From NCBI GenBank assembly GCA_964016885.1, contig OZ024740.1:313596001-313660000 (forward strand): a DNA stretch of 64,000 nucleotides. Reading direction: 5' to 3'. Made by a program: the position numbers and the translations under genes. Shown here piece after piece: positions 41,167-54,833 of the stretch. The notes below the pieces were generated by a model. That model had not been told where the DNA came from and ran no database searches. It saw only the letters and a program-made list of their open reading frames with translations. The DNA is from Eledone cirrhosa (lineage: Eukaryota). Each line of letters begins with the position of its first letter. Positions within the stretch are counted from its first letter, which is position 1.

Positions 41167-44100
41167 ATGACCTCACTCAGAATAGGCAGCATAAATGCGC
41201 GTGGCTTGGGGTCGTCATGGAAGCAGGGTCACCTGCTCAACGACCTCAGGTCACTAAACATAGATGTAGTGGCCATCAGCGAGACCAGAATCTCCGAAGC
41301 ACGGGCCTTCGCACCGATCTTCGGCGGCTACGATGTGTACGCATCTCCCAGCCGTCCTGGATCCGGTGGAGGAGTTGCTGTACTTTTTCGGAGAGGTTTG
41401 GATCTCGCCATACGGGCCATCTTCCTGGACCCAGAGGGTAAGCTGGTGGTGCTGGACGTGACCAGCGGAGACGGGCAAGCTTTCAGGCTAGTGGCCGTCT
41501 ATGCCCCGACAGGAGCAGGGCGGCCTGATTTCTTCCGGCGTCTGGAGACCTTTCTTGGAACGTCCCGCTCTTTAGTGTTAGTGGGCGACTGGAACGGGAT
41601 CTTAGATGCACGCTGGGACTGTGTGGGATTAGCGGATAGGGGTGGAGGGTGCAAGAGCCTCACCAACCTGCTCAGGCGTTTTGAACTGTCTGACAGGTAC
41701 CGATTGGATTTCCCGAATGTGCCAATGTGGACTTGGACAAACCGCATAGGGTCATCCAGATCATATCTAGATAGAGTATTTTGTAGGGAAATAGATAGGT
41801 CTAGCATAGGCTGTCCACAATTCAAGATAGTCAGCTACACGGACCACAAATTCGTGATCTGTGTGCTTGACTTAGATAGGCTTCATAGACGAGGACCCGG
41901 CTACTGGAAGCTAAACGCGTCCTTACCAGCGCGCAAGGCCTACAGAGACCGGATTAGCGAACTAGTTAAGCGGGCGTTGACGGGGGCCATCGTCAACAAC
42001 AAGTGGTGGTTTGCTCTGAAAAGAGCGATTAGAATAGAATCGATTAGGTTTAGTAAGGCTTTAGCAATAGAGAAAAATAGAGCAGAGGGAGAACTAGTTA
42101 GAAAATTAGACGAGGCGCTTAGCAAAGGCATTGCGACCGACGTGCTTGCGGCGAAATTGGCCCTTGACCAATTCTTCAATGCAAAGCACGAAGGCTGCGT
42201 TGTCAGAGCTAGGGTGCGTGCTCTCAGACACGAGGGGACGAAAGCCGTTCAATGGGCCCGAGTGGCGGAGGCGCGTCGTGGCAACAAAGCCACGATCCGG
42301 TCTTTGGTGGACCACGACGGGCGCATGCTACTCGATCCCGGGCAAATGTGTGAAGCTTTTCAGCGACACTTCGCTCAGCTGTTCGGGGGCAGCGGGGGGC
42401 CGGGTAGAGGGATGGACTTTAGTGTCTACCTCGACGGGCTGCCGCGGCTCTCGGCCACTGAGGCGAGGTGTTGCGAAAAGCCGATAACAGCCGCTGAAGT
42501 ACGGGAGGCAATGACTGGCTGCACAAGGGGTAAATCGCCTGGTTTGGATGGTCTGCCCTATGAACTTTACGTACAGATGCCAGACTTGTTCGGAGGCCTC
42601 TTGGCGGACGTCTACTGCAACTGGCAACAGAACGGGAGAATTCCCAGTTCTGTGAGCCGAGGAGCGGTGGCACTGCTGAGAAAGGATCCGAACAAGGGGG
42701 ATAACATAGACAATTTCCGGCCCATAACTCTGCTAAACACAGAGTTTAAGATTTTGGCCAAGGTGCTAGCAAAGAGGTTGGCGCTTGTCGTTGGTGGTCT
42801 GGTGGGAGAGGCGCAGACATGCGCCATTCCCGACAGATCCATCCACGACAACCTCCACCTCATGCGATACATCGTAGAGAGGGTAGCTAGGGAACCTGGC
42901 ACGGGTGGGTCCTTGATCAATTTAGATCAGTCGAAAGCTTTCGATAGGGTCGACCATCGTTACCTAGCGGCAGTCCTGAGGGCGGCTGGCTTTGGGCCCG
43001 TCTTCAGAGGCTGGATCGCTGCCATGCACAGCGACATCTGCTCTGTGGTGAGAGTGAACGGTCACCTGTCGGAACCGTTCAACATCATGCGCTCGGTCCG
43101 CCAAGGATGTCCCCTCTCGTCCCTCTTGTACGTATTGACTCTCGAGCCATTACTGCACAAACTGGAGACGTTGAGGGGAGTCCCGCGCGAACTAGGATGC
43201 GGAAGATCCGTGTCAGCATATGCGGACGATGTCACCGTAGTGGTGTCGAACGCCAAACACATCGAGGCGATCGGCACTACACTAAGAGAATACGAAGCGG
43301 TGACAGGAGCAATGATCAACCAGGAAAAGTCAGTGGGCCTGCAGCTCGGCACCTGGAGAGGCAGGTCCATGCCGTCCAACAGCGTCGTCGGGCGCTGGAC
43401 GGACGGACCGGTTAAATTGCTAGGGGTCTGGTTCGGTCCGGACCTCCAGACGGACAAAAACTGGGACGAGGTGACGAGCAGGGTGGCTTCTCTCACCCAG
43501 AAATGGGCGGAGAGGAAGCTATCCCTGAAAGGTCGAGCGGAGGTGGCTAACGCGTACATCGCGTCTGTCATCTGCTACCGCCTAACCGTCGTACCTTGTC
43601 CTAAGCCTCGCCTGACTGCGCTGGAGCGTTTGCTCTTTCGCTTTTTGTGGAAGGGACGTGCTCCGATGGTCAGGCGGTCCATCTGTTGTCAACACCCGCT
43701 ACGTGGAGGGCTGGGCATGCCGTGGCTGATGATGCGCAGGCACGCGCTCAGGCTACGACATCTCCACCTCTTCCTCGACGGTGATCAGGTGTGGTCGCCG
43801 TTTGCTAGACGCGTTTTTCCCCAGCTCGTTTCCTTGACGGAGCTGCAGTCCTGGGTCAAGCGAAGACCGAGAGGGAGCGCCTGGAGACTGGAATGTCTTC
43901 AGGCGCTCACAGCCCTCGACCAATCGGGCAATGTGATCGGTGGAAACTCCACCTCGGCGTTCTATAGAGGATTAGTGGAGGGGAAGAGCGACGACGTACT
44001 TGGGGAAACTCTAGGCGTCGACGAAAATCAACTAGCCAATCTCTTCGGAAGAACTTTCGGGCCAGGGCCTATGGACAACTTCCAGAAATCTCTGGCCTGG

Positions 44101-44586
44101 CAGTGCTACCGAGGAGCCTTGCCAGTTCGGGATAAACTCTACAGGCATGGAGGTGCCGTCAGCCGGGCATGTCCGAGATGCGCGCAGGGCGACGAAACCG
44201 TCCTGCACGCACTCGTCCAGTGTCCGAAAATTGCTGACTTGTGGGTTTATGTCGAACACCTGCTGTCGCGTTTAGGACGGATCCAGCTATCATCTGAGTC
44301 TATCGTGAGGATTGCCCCGCCCTCCTCCTTTAGCCGGGAAGGGCAGGCAGTTTTTATCTGTCTGGTGGCCATGGCGAAAGAGATAGTATGGTGGACACGT
44401 TTGAAAGGGCTGAAGACGAGCACTTACCTCTTCGGTGATGCTCTGATTGACTTTTTCAAATTTCATTTGAAAAGGAAAATCAGAGTAGAGAAGGAAGTGC
44501 TCTCTTCCCAGCATTTTGTTGAAAGATGGGTGAGAGAAGCAAGAATGGCCCGAGTGAATGGGCCGACTCTGAGTATATATCTGTAA
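41167..44586 (+). CDS. LINE ORF2: APE endonuclease + reverse transcriptase + C-terminal Zn finger (1139 aa)
   Basis: INARGL, SETR, VYAP, GDWN, YLDRV, TDH; PGLDGLP, FRPITLLN, DQSKAFDRVDH, RQGCPLS, YADD; CPRC..ETVLHALVQC. Confidence 0.96.
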   Translation: MTSLRIGSINARGLGSSWKQGHLLNDLRSLNIDVVAISETRISEARAFAPIFGGYDVYASPSRPGSGGGVAVLFRRGLDLAIRAIFLDPEGKLVVLDVTSGDGQAFRLVAVYAPTGAGRPDFFRRLETFLGTSRSLVLVGDWNGILDARWDCVGLADRGGGCKSLTNLLRRFELSDRYRLDFPNVPMWTWTNRIGSSRSYLDRVFCREIDRSSIGCPQFKIVSYTDHKFVICVLDLDRLHRRGPGYWKLNASLPARKAYRDRISELVKRALTGAIVNNKWWFALKRAIRIESIRFSKALAIEKNRAEGELVRKLDEALSKGIATDVLAAKLALDQFFNAKHEGCVVRARVRALRHEGTKAVQWARVAEARRGNKATIRSLVDHDGRMLLDPGQMCEAFQRHFAQLFGGSGGPGRGMDFSVYLDGLPRLSATEARCCEKPITAAEVREAMTGCTRGKSPGLDGLPYELYVQMPDLFGGLLADVYCNWQQNGRIPSSVSRGAVALLRKDPNKGDNIDNFRPITLLNTEFKILAKVLAKRLALVVGGLVGEAQTCAIPDRSIHDNLHLMRYIVERVAREPGTGGSLINLDQSKAFDRVDHRYLAAVLRAAGFGPVFRGWIAAMHSDICSVVRVNGHLSEPFNIMRSVRQGCPLSSLLYVLTLEPLLHKLETLRGVPRELGCGRSVSAYADDVTVVVSNAKHIEAIGTTLREYEAVTGAMINQEKSVGLQLGTWRGRSMPSNSVVGRWTDGPVKLLGVWFGPDLQTDKNWDEVTSRVASLTQKWAERKLSLKGRAEVANAYIASVICYRLTVVPCPKPRLTALERLLFRFLWKGRAPMVRRSICCQHPLRGGLGMPWLMMRRHALRLRHLHLFLDGDQVWSPFARRVFPQLVSLTELQSWVKRRPRGSAWRLECLQALTALDQSGNVIGGNSTSAFYRGLVEGKSDDVLGETLGVDENQLANLFGRTFGPGPMDNFQKSLAWQCYRGALPVRDKLYRHGGAVSRACPRCAQGDETVLHALVQCPKIADLWVYVEHLLSRLGRIQLSSESIVRIAPPSSFSREGQAVFICLVAMAKEIVWWTRLKGLKTSTYLFGDALIDFFKFHLKRKIRVEKEVLSSQHFVERWVREARMARVNGPTLSIYL

Positions 44587-44848
44587 ACTAAAGGTGGAAA
44601 ACTGGGAGAGGGCACTTGCCTTGGTGGTCAGGGTCATTGTGGCTTTTTACTGGGCTTTCTCCACAAATGTCCCTCCGAAGTCTCCCCCCTATTGGGGAAT
44701 TTTTCATTGTTATTTTCATTGTTATTTTTGTTACATCCTCTGTTTTTGTTTTTTTTTACACGCAGAAATGCCCATTTGTACCGTCCTGCATTGTCCTGCA
44801 CTGTCCTTAATGTCTACTTTATGTAAACCCTTGTGGTTAATAAAGAAA

Positions 44849-44912
<64 letters not shown>

Positions 44913-44916
<4 letters not shown>

Positions 44917-47900
44917 TATTAGGCAAATAGATAGAAATAGTGTGGGCTGTCCACTTTTTAAAATGGTCGCCTATTAAGATCACAAATTTGTGATCTGTAC
45001 GGTCGACCTAAATAAAACGCGTAGGTTAGGACCGGGTTACTGGAAGCTGAACATGTCATTTCCGGCACGTAAGGCTTACAGGGACCGAGTCAACAATTTA
45101 GTTAAGCAAAAGTTGACAGGGGGGATCATCAACAACAGATGGTGGGGGCTCTCAAAAGAGAGATTAGAGTAACTTCGATAGAGTTCAGCAAAGAACTAGC
45201 GTTAGAGAAAAATAGAAAGGAGGGGCAGCTGGTAGATAAGTTAGACGAGGCTATTTGTAGTGGCATCGTAACTGACGTGCTAGCGGCGAGAATGGCATTA
45301 GACCATTTCTTCAATGCCAAACACGAAGGTTGCATTGTCAGAGCTAAGGCGCGTGCGCTGAGAAACGAGGGAACTAAAGCTGTTCGATGGGCCCGCGTGG
45401 CGGAGGCGCAGCGTGGTAATAAAACCACAATTCGGTCTTTGGCGGACCGAGAAGGACACGAGATAAGCGATTCCAAGCGGATGTGTGGGGCCTTTCGCCA
45501 GCACTTTGCTCGGTTGTTCAGGGAGAGTGGCGAGTCAGAGAGAGTAGCGGATTTCAGTCCCTACCTTGACGGCTTGCCGCGCATCTTGACGGTCGACGCT
45601 GAGCGCTGCGAAAGGCCGATTACTTTAGCCGAAATTCAGGATGCCCTTGTCGGCTGCATGAGGCGCAAGTCACCCGGTTTGGATGGCCTGCCCTACGAGC
45701 TTTACGTAAATATGCCAGACTTGTTCTCCGAACTCCTCGAAGCACTCTACTGCAACTGGCAGCAGAATGGGAGTATTCCCAGTTCTGTGAGCAGGGGAGT
45801 GGTGACGCCGATAAGGAAAGACGAGAACAAGAGGAATACATTAGACAACTTCAGGCCCATAACTCTGCTCAACACAGAGTTTAAGATTTGGGCCAAGGTG
45901 TTAGCAAAGAGATTGGCGCTTGTCGTCGAGGATTTGGTTGGGGAGGCGCAAACTTGCGCAATCCCAGCCAGGTCCATACACGACAATCTCCACCTCATGC
46001 GATACATCATAGAGAGGGTAGGGTGTAAACCTGGCTTCGGTGGGGCACTGATCAATTTAGATCAATCGAAAGCATTCGATAGGGTCGACCATCGGTATCT
46101 GGAGTTTGTCCTCAGAGCAGCTGGCTTCGGCCCTGTCTTTAGAAGCTGGATCGTTGCAATGCACAGCGGCACACGCTCGGTGATCAAGGTTAATGGCCAC
46201 CTCTCGGAACCATTTCGGCTCTCCCGATCGGTCCGTCAAGGGTGCCCTCTCTCTTCCCTTCTGTACGTATTGACTCTCGAGCCTTTACTGCGGAAGCTGG
46301 AGCTGTTGCAGCGCATCCCGCTCGAACCGGGACGTGGAAAGGCTGTGTCGGCTTATGCGGACGACATCACCGTGATGGGGTCGGACACCTCAGAAATCGA
46401 GGTGGTCGGCACCTTATTGAAGGAATATAAAAGGTTGACAGGAGCCAAACTTAACCAGGAAAAGTCGGTGGGCTTGCAGCTCGGAACCTGGAGAGGCAAG
46501 CCCATACCGTCCAGCAGCGTCGTGGGGCGGTGGACGGACGGACCGGTAAAGTTGCTCGGGGTTTGGTTCGGACCAGACCTTCAGGTGGAAAAGAATTGGG
46601 ACGAGGTAACGAGCAGAGTAGCCAGTCTCAAACAAAAATGGGCTGGGAGGAAGCTATCACTGAAAGGTCGCGTGGAGGTGGCGAATGCGTACATCGCGTC
46701 CGTCATCTACTACCGCCTAACCGTCATGCCTTGCCCCCGTCCGCGCCTCGTCAAGTTGGAACGGCTCCTCTTCAAATTTTTGTGGAGGGGACAAGTTCCG
46801 TTGGTGAGGCGGTCCATCTGCTGCCAGCACCCTCTACGCGGAGGGCTGGGCGTGCCGTGGCTAATGATGCGCAGACATGCGTTGAGGCTGCGATATCTCC
46901 AGATATTCTGCCTCAATGGTGAACAGGTGTGGTCGCCGTTTATCAGACGGGCCGTTCCGCAGCTCATTTCTTTGACTGAGCTGCAGTCCTGGGTCAAGAA
47001 GAGACCGAGATTGGGTGACTGGCACCTGGAATGTTGCCAGGCACTCACTGCTCTCTACCAAGCGGGCAATGCGATCAGTGGAACTTCCACTCTCGAGTTC
47101 TATAGAGGATTAGTGGTGGGCAAGTGCGATGACGCACTCGGAGAAGCTTTGGGCCTCGACGAAGTCGAATTGACCAGTCTGTACCGGAGGACTTTTGAGC
47201 CGGGGACGATGGACAATTTCCAGAAATCCCTCGCTTGGCAGTGCTACCGGGGGGCACTGCCGGTTCGGGATAAACTCTACAGGCACGGAAGTGCTGTCAG
47301 ACGGACCTGCCCAAGATGCGCACAGAACGACGAAACCGTTCTGCACGCACTTGTCCAATGTCCGTGCATTACTGACTTGTGGAGTTATGTCGAACAGCTA
47401 CTGTCGCGTGTGGAACGAATCCGGCTATCGGCCGAGTCCATAGTGAAGATCGAGCCGCCACCTTCCTTAGGTCAGGAAGAGCAGGAAATTTTCCTCTGTC
47501 TGGTGGCAGTTGCGAAAGAGATTATATGGTGGACCAGGTTGAAAGGACTAAAGACAGACACTTTTCTCTTCGGCCAATCCCTCATCAACTTCTTCAAGTT
47601 TCACCTGGAAAGGAGGGTGAGGGTGGAGAGAGAAGTGCTGCCCCCTAGTAAATTTGCTAAAAGGTGGGTGAATGTGGCGAGAATGGCTCGTGTGAATGGG
47701 CCTACTCTGACCATGCGCCTATAGGCTAGCTAACTTGAGGAGAGGGGTGCTCTCCCTGGGTGCCCTAGAAGCGCAGGGTGGTTCAGGATTGGTGGGGTAC
47801 CCGAATCACCCCAGGGTCGTCCACCCCCTATCGGGGAATTTATTTTGTTATATTTATGCATAGTTTATTTTATATTTTTATATTTTCATTGTTAAATTAG

Positions 47901-48003
47901 TCTTGCCATTGTGCACTTTTACTCGACCTTATTGTAAACCCCCACTGTCCCTGTCTTTGTATTGTCCTCTACATGTCGGCCCTTGTGGCTAATAAATGAA
48001 ATC
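44913..48003 (+). mobile_element. 5'-truncated second L1/Tx1 LINE (diverged subfamily) followed by (TTC)n
   Basis: Homology to ORF2 begins late in the APE domain. Stop at 44975-77 and a frameshift near 45150, then open to 47724; different 3' UTR; (TTC)n 48005-48084. Confidence 0.92.
45139..47724 (+). pseudogene. RT + Zn finger portion of ORF2 of the truncated LINE
   Basis: Colinear with ORF2 from about residue 280 onward; YADD intact; lacks the endonuclease. Confidence 0.9.
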
Positions 48004-48549
48004 ATTCTTCTTCTTCTTCTTCTTCTTCTTCTTCTTCTTCTTCTTCTTCTTCTTCTTCTTCTTCTTCTTCTTCTTCTTCTTCTTGTCGTATGACATGCAT
48101 AATGGTTAGAGAGACAGATAGAGATTGGTGAGCCAGGATATGGCTCCAAACCACCAGGAAAACCTACCTAACATTTGACATTAACATATTGAATACAAGA
48201 TCCGCTGAAGAAAGACCAAGATAACATTCTATGGTGTCAAACCTGCAGCGAAACACGAGTTGTGTTGCATATGGTGGCTATTGTTGCAGTGTGATCTGTC
48301 TTACCGGGTTGAAGCAACTTGTTAGGTGTCAGACTTCAACCGGATTTAGTTTGTTTCTGAATGTTTCTTATATCTGAAAAGCAAATTTTGACTAGAATAG
48401 ATCATGATATTACTAAAATAGAAATGTAAAGAAAACCAGTTTCAACTATTTAATTTACAACGAATATATACACAAAATTTCTCACATTAAAACGTAGTCT
48501 TTGTTAGAGTGTTGTACAAATGGGAAAAGAGAAAACGCAAGTCTTATGT

Positions 48550-48882
48550 AGGCGGCGAATAGGCAGAGTCGTTAGAACATCGTATAGAATCCTTTGTAGT
48601 ATTCGTTTCGGTTCTCCGCTTTCTGAGTTCAAATCCCACTGAGGTCAACTTCATCTTTCATCCTTTCGTGGTCGATAAAAAAACAAAATACCAGTCAAGT
48701 ACTAGGACTGGTTCTTCCTCTATATATCTTTCTCACTTTCATTCTGCCACTCTCTATTCTTCTCTGGAAGAAATCTGCTGTAATCAGACCTGGAGAGGAG
48801 ATAGGTTCCGCCAGGTTTTAAAAGTGCCATAGAATCGCCGTTTGCCAATATGGCGCCCCTACGACTCCATCAGGAGTTACGT
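48550..48882 (+). mobile_element. Long-tail SINE
   Basis: A/B boxes, core and tail present. Confidence 0.8.
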
Positions 48883-50409
48883 GCTAAGACGAAGAAGTCT
48901 TATATAAGTAATAAACTGAATATAACCAGAAAAAAAATCAAGAAAAGGAGGAGTGATTTATAGAACAGGGTGTATTAAGAAACTGGTTAGTTGATGGGGG
49001 AGTTAAGGGGTCTAGAAAAAAATGGTATATTTCTTACAGAGCGGTGTAAAAGGAAATAATAAACATGGTGCGTGCTGATGACATTTAACGTTGCTATAGT
49101 AAACTTCCTTCGTATCCAGAATCAGCGAGTGTGTTCTTCTGGCAAGGAAACAAAAAACACCGAAATGCATATAAATAATATGTTGTTTATCAGAGTACAG
49201 AGGAATACTAAAAAGTGTTTACACTTCATCATTTTTACAATGAATTAATTAAAAATATGTAGCTATATCTGCATTGAATTTTGTCTTATATCTTCTAATG
49301 CTCGCTGTATTCTAGTATAGACATTTATCAGATATTGTTTGTATATATACATACACACACACACACACACACATATACATATATATACACGCATACACAC
49401 ACACACACACATACACACACACACACACGTGAGTGTGTGTATGTATATGTGTGTGTATGTATGCATTTATGTATGTATGTCTATATGTACACGTGTATGT
49501 GTATATGTGTGACAAGGATAAATAGAAGTGTTAGACATAGAGAGAAAGATGTTGATGGAAGAATGTGAAGAGTACTTCAGATCAGATAGGATGTTTTTTC
49601 AAGTGAAAGTAGTTTGAAATTTGAACGTTTAACGGGAACCATCTGTTGTTTCTGTCTACAAGGTAGAACCTGATCTTCAAAAGAAATCAACTGGCTTTCA
49701 ACTTGAACTTGTTTCCGTAAGAACATGATGCGGAGAGGCATTTTAGCTTCGACGTGATTGTATAACAGAGAATGGATTTTTTAAAAGATGTTACCCGATA
49801 ACCTTCGGGTAGAATGAGCGTTTGTACTGGGTCGTCAAGTATGAAATTTGTAGAAATTTGTTAAAAAAAAATAAATTTCTACAAATTTCATACTAGACTA
49901 CTTGATATATGTGTGTGTATGTGCATGCGTATTTTTCTAGGTCCGTCAATACGTACATGTAAATATGTGTGCATGCACATGTGGTTTTAAGTGTACGCAT
50001 TTTCTTACGCTTGTATTTGTTTATATGGACGCATCTGTGTATGTGAGTGTGTATTTACGTGCGTTTGTATATATATGTATGTGTGTATGTGCGTACATAT
50101 TTTTCTATGTCTGTCTGTGCGTACATGTAAATGTGTGTGTGTCTATATATATATGTATTTGTAAGAGAGTGCATTTTCTTACGCTTGTATTCGTCTCTGT
50201 GTGGCAGTATCTGTATATGTGTGTGTGTATTTATGTGCGTTTCTATATGTATGTGTGTGTATGTGCGTACACATTTTTCTATGTCTGGCTGTGCGTACAT
50301 GTGTATTTACTTGTGCTTGTGCTGATCTGTTTGTGTGTGTGTGTGCATGTGTTTATGTCTCTGTGTGTGTGTGTGTGGGGGGGGGGGGTCTGTGTTTTCT
50401 CGTGCCCGT

Positions 50410-51230
50410 ATGCATATTCATGTGTGTGAAATTGTGAGCGTCTATGTGTGTGTATGTGTATGTGTGCGTGTTTGTCTATGTGTATGTATGTCTGCTTGTT
50501 TGTATGGGGGGGCTATGTGTATGTCTGCTTGTTTGTAAGTGGGGGTATGTGTGTGTATGCGTGTGAAATTGTGAGCGTCTATGTGTGTGTATGTCTGCTT
50601 GTTTGTATGTGGGGGTATGTGTGTGTATGCGTGTGAAATTGTGAGCGTCTATGTGTGTGTATGTGTGCGTGTTTGTGTATGTGTATGTATGTCTGCTTGT
50701 TTGTATGTGGAGGGTATGTGTATGTCTGCTTGTTTGTATGTGGGGGTATGTGTGTGTATGCGTGTGAAATTGTGAGCGTCTATGAGTGTGTATGTGTATG
50801 TGTGCGTGTTTGTGTATGTGTATGTATGTCTGCTTGTTTGTATGTGGAGGGTATGTGTATGTCTGCTTTTTTGTATGTGGGGGTATGTGTGTGTATGCGT
50901 GTGAAATTGTGAGCGTCTATGTGTGTGTATGTGTGCGTGTTTGAATGTGGAGGGTATGTGTATGTCTGCTTGTTTGTATGTGGGGGTATGTGTGTGTATG
51001 CGTGTGAAATTGTGAGCGTCTATGTGTGTGTATGTGTGCGTGTTTGTGTATGTTTATGTATGTCTGCTTGTTTGTATGTGGAGGGTATGTGTATGTCTGC
51101 TTTTTTGTATGTGGAGGTATGTGTATGTATGCGCGTGTGTATGTGCGTGTGTGTGTGTGTATGTATATGTATGTGTATATGCCTGTGTGTGTGCAGATGT
51201 GTGTATGTGTATATATGTGTGTGAGTGCTG
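50410..51230. repeat. GT-derived minisatellite (gtgtgaaattgtgagcgtctat units)
   Basis: Marker motif recurs about 6 times. Confidence 0.85.
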
Positions 51231-51439
51231 ATATTTGAACAAGCTAGGGTAGGTAGCTAGGGTACGGTGTCATATACCCAGGAGAGCATTGGTGGTAGAT
51301 TGTATATGATGTTGTTGTTGTTCTAGCTGTCAATGTTGTTAAGTTGTTGTTATTGTTGTTATAGTTGTTGTTGTTGTTGTTGTTGTCGTTATATCTCTGT
51401 TTTACTATTAAAGTTGTTGTAGTTGGTGTTTGTGAGGTT

Positions 51440-52090
51440 GTCGTCATCATCATCATCATCATCACCACCACCACCAATACCACCACCACCACCACCACCA
51501 CCACCACCACCAGCACCACCACCAGCACCACCACCACCATCACCAACACCAATACCAGCACCACCGCCGCCGTCATCATCATCAATACCACCACCACCAC
51601 CACCACCACCACCACCACCTCCACCACCACCACCACCTCCACCGCCGCCGTCATCATCATCAACATCACCACCATCAATACCACCACCACCACCACCACC
51701 ACCACCTCCACCACCGCCGCTTTCATCATCATCAACATCACCATCATCAATACCACCACCACCACCACCAATACCATCATCATCACCACCACCATCATCA
51801 TCAACATCATCGTCCCCACCACCGCCGCCACCAATACCACCACCACCACCGCCGCCGTCATCATCATCACCAACATCATCACCATCACCACCACCACCAC
51901 CAATAACACCACCACCACCGTCATCATCATAAACATCATTAAAATCTTCATCATCACCACCATCATCATCATCATCAACATCATCATCACCACCACCACC
52001 GCCGCCACCAATACCACCACCACCACCACCACCACCGCCGTCATCATCATCATCAACATCATCATCATCATCACCACCACCACCACCGCC

Positions 52091-52138
<48 letters not shown>

Positions 52139-52140
52139 GT
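51440..52140. repeat. (CAC)n/(CAT)n compound trinucleotide tract
   Basis: Direct reading; a similar tract lies at 63795-64000. Confidence 0.9.
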
Positions 52141-52740
52141 CGTTGTTGTTGATGTTATTGTTGCTGCCATGTTGTTTCTTTATGTGATTGGTATTGCTTT
52201 GGATGTTTTTTTTGGGGGTGGGGTGGGGTGTGGGTGTGTGTGTGTGGGGGGGGGGGGGTACTTCTTCATATTGTTGTTGCTGTTATTCCTGCTAATGTTG
52301 CTGTTATTTAACCCTGGGTCAGCCTTGAAACAACAGAGCTAAGATCAAAAACATTCTAACCGTAAAAGTGTTGTCTTTTATGTCTATATATTTTATAAGG
52401 CATTATACAACATGGGCTTCAATCTTTAATACATCAGGGTTGGGCGCGATCTAAGAGGGGTTTGTCTAGAGGATGATCAACCTTACAGAGGCTCTCTCAT
52501 CGTCTGTTTCGTGATACTTATGTTTTTTATGGTGTTATTGGTGTTGTATTTCAGTTTTGTTGTTATTGTTGTAATTCGTCTTTTATTTGATTTTGTAGTT
52601 CCTACTCTCTGTTGCTATTGTTGTTGTTGTTGTTGTTGCTCACTGGTGTTCCGGCGTTGCTGTTGATATAGTACTTTTACTCTTTTTACTTGTATATACA
52701 TACATACATACATACATATATATATATATATATGTGTAAG

Positions 52741-52793
<53 letters not shown>

Positions 52794-52794
52794 G

Positions 52795-52875
<81 letters not shown>

Positions 52876-52876
52876 G

Positions 52877-52923
<47 letters not shown>

Positions 52924-52924
52924 G

Positions 52925-52997
<73 letters not shown>

Positions 52998-52998
52998 G

Positions 52999-53037
<39 letters not shown>

Positions 53038-53072
53038 GTATGTATATATATATATATATATATAAATAAATG

Positions 53073-53108
<36 letters not shown>

Positions 53109-53232
53109 AGTGTGTATTTATATATATGAATGTGTGTGTGTGTATATATATATGTGTATATATATGTATATATATATATGTATGTGTATATATATATGTA
53201 TATATGCATATATCTTACCGTACCCTCTTTGT

Positions 53233-53334
<102 letters not shown>

Positions 53335-53335
53335 C

Positions 53336-53606
<271 letters not shown>

Positions 53607-53631
53607 TATATATATATATATATATATGCAT

Positions 53632-53826
53632 ATAGGAACAAGTAAGACCCCGACGGCTGAGCTCAAGCCGCTTCGACGTCTAATTCTAGTCGAGAATTAG
53701 CCGTCGAAACGGCTTGAGCTCAGCCGTCGGGGTCTTACTTGTTCCTATTACCCACTCTACTACCCTAAGTATTGAATACTTTGGTGCGTTATGGTCCACC
53801 TGGTTCTTTACCACATTTCCTTCGTT
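53632..53826 (+). mobile_element. Family F fold-back mini-element
   Basis: ~55 bp inverted head plus shared tail, between TA tracts. Confidence 0.85.
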
Positions 53827-53896
53827 ATATATGTATGTATATATATATGTGTGTGTGTATGTGTGTGTGTGTATAAATATGCATACATGCATGGCT

Positions 53897-54203
53897 CCGT
53901 ATCTCCCGAGAGAGTAGTTGGGGCACCCTATTGACATACGGCGTTTCGATCATATCTTCTTTTAAACCTGGCGGAGCCTATCCTTCTCCAGGCCTGAATA
54001 CTGCAAATTTCTTCCAGAGAAAGATAGAGTGAGAGAATGGAAGTGATAAAGAGATATAGAGCAAGAAGCGACCCTAGGACTGGACTGGACTGGTATTTTT
54101 TTTTTTATCGATCTCGAATGGATGAAAGGCAAAGTTGACTTCGGCAGACAGCCGAAACGAATACTACAAAACATTCTATTTGACATTGTAACGACGCTGC
54201 CAA
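53897..54203 (-). mobile_element. Long-tail SINE (internally deleted)
   Basis: Tail and core match other copies. Confidence 0.7.
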
Positions 54204-54696
54204 TGTATATATATATTGACAGACCATTCCTCAACACCGAAGTAGAGTTTACATATTCTATATTAATTATGGCTAACTGATGTGTCTTGTTACTCTGGAG
54301 TTTCAACTGTATACTCACAGGGACATCGGAATACACACACACACACATACACACATATATATATATATAATTAATGTAAATTAATGTAAGCAAAAAGCCT
54401 ACAATAATTAGACATATAACTGACTATAAACATCAGGATGAAACATTTTTAACGAAAGATATGGGATATATTTTTGCTTACATTAATTTCTCTATTTTCA
54501 TTTATATATATATATATATATAATTATATATATATATGTGTGTGTGTGTATGTAAAAGGTAAACAGAAATAACACAATCGTTTCAGTATATGAAAGGTAT
54601 ATATTAGGTTAACGCTTGATATATATATATACTTGTGGACTTTTGAAAATTCTTTGACCAGGCCTTAAAAAAGTAAGCAGCATTCTAGTAAATAAT

Positions 54697-54833
54697 TGTT
54701 TCTACTTTTTGGCACAAGGCCAGCAATTACCCAGTACATTACTGGTACTTTATTTTATCGACCCCATAAGGATGAAAGGCAAAGTTAACCTCGGCGGGAT
54801 TTGAACTCAGAATGGCAAGGGCCGTAACTCTAT
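54697..54833 (-). mobile_element. 5'-truncated short-family SINE
   Basis: B box and core present; TSD gcattctagtaaat. Confidence 0.85.

Larger units (their letters stand above)
38819..44850 (+). mobile_element. Full-length L1/Tx1-clade LINE inserted in (ATT)n
   Basis: 5' UTR, two open ORFs and a 3' UTR with AATAAA; (ATT)n at 38789-38818 and 44851-44916. Confidence 0.92.

Noticed and set aside
39144-47648. Numerous short overlapping and antisense ORFs within the LINEs
   Set aside because: Shadow frames of GC-richer coding sequence.
49838-49894. 22 bp-arm AT-rich hairpin
   Set aside because: Short, single copy here, with no motif; function unsupported.
51244-52342. Poly-Pro/Thr/Val-Met ORFs resembling extensin or mucin
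   Set aside because: Trinucleotide repeat open in several frames on both strands with no unique domain.
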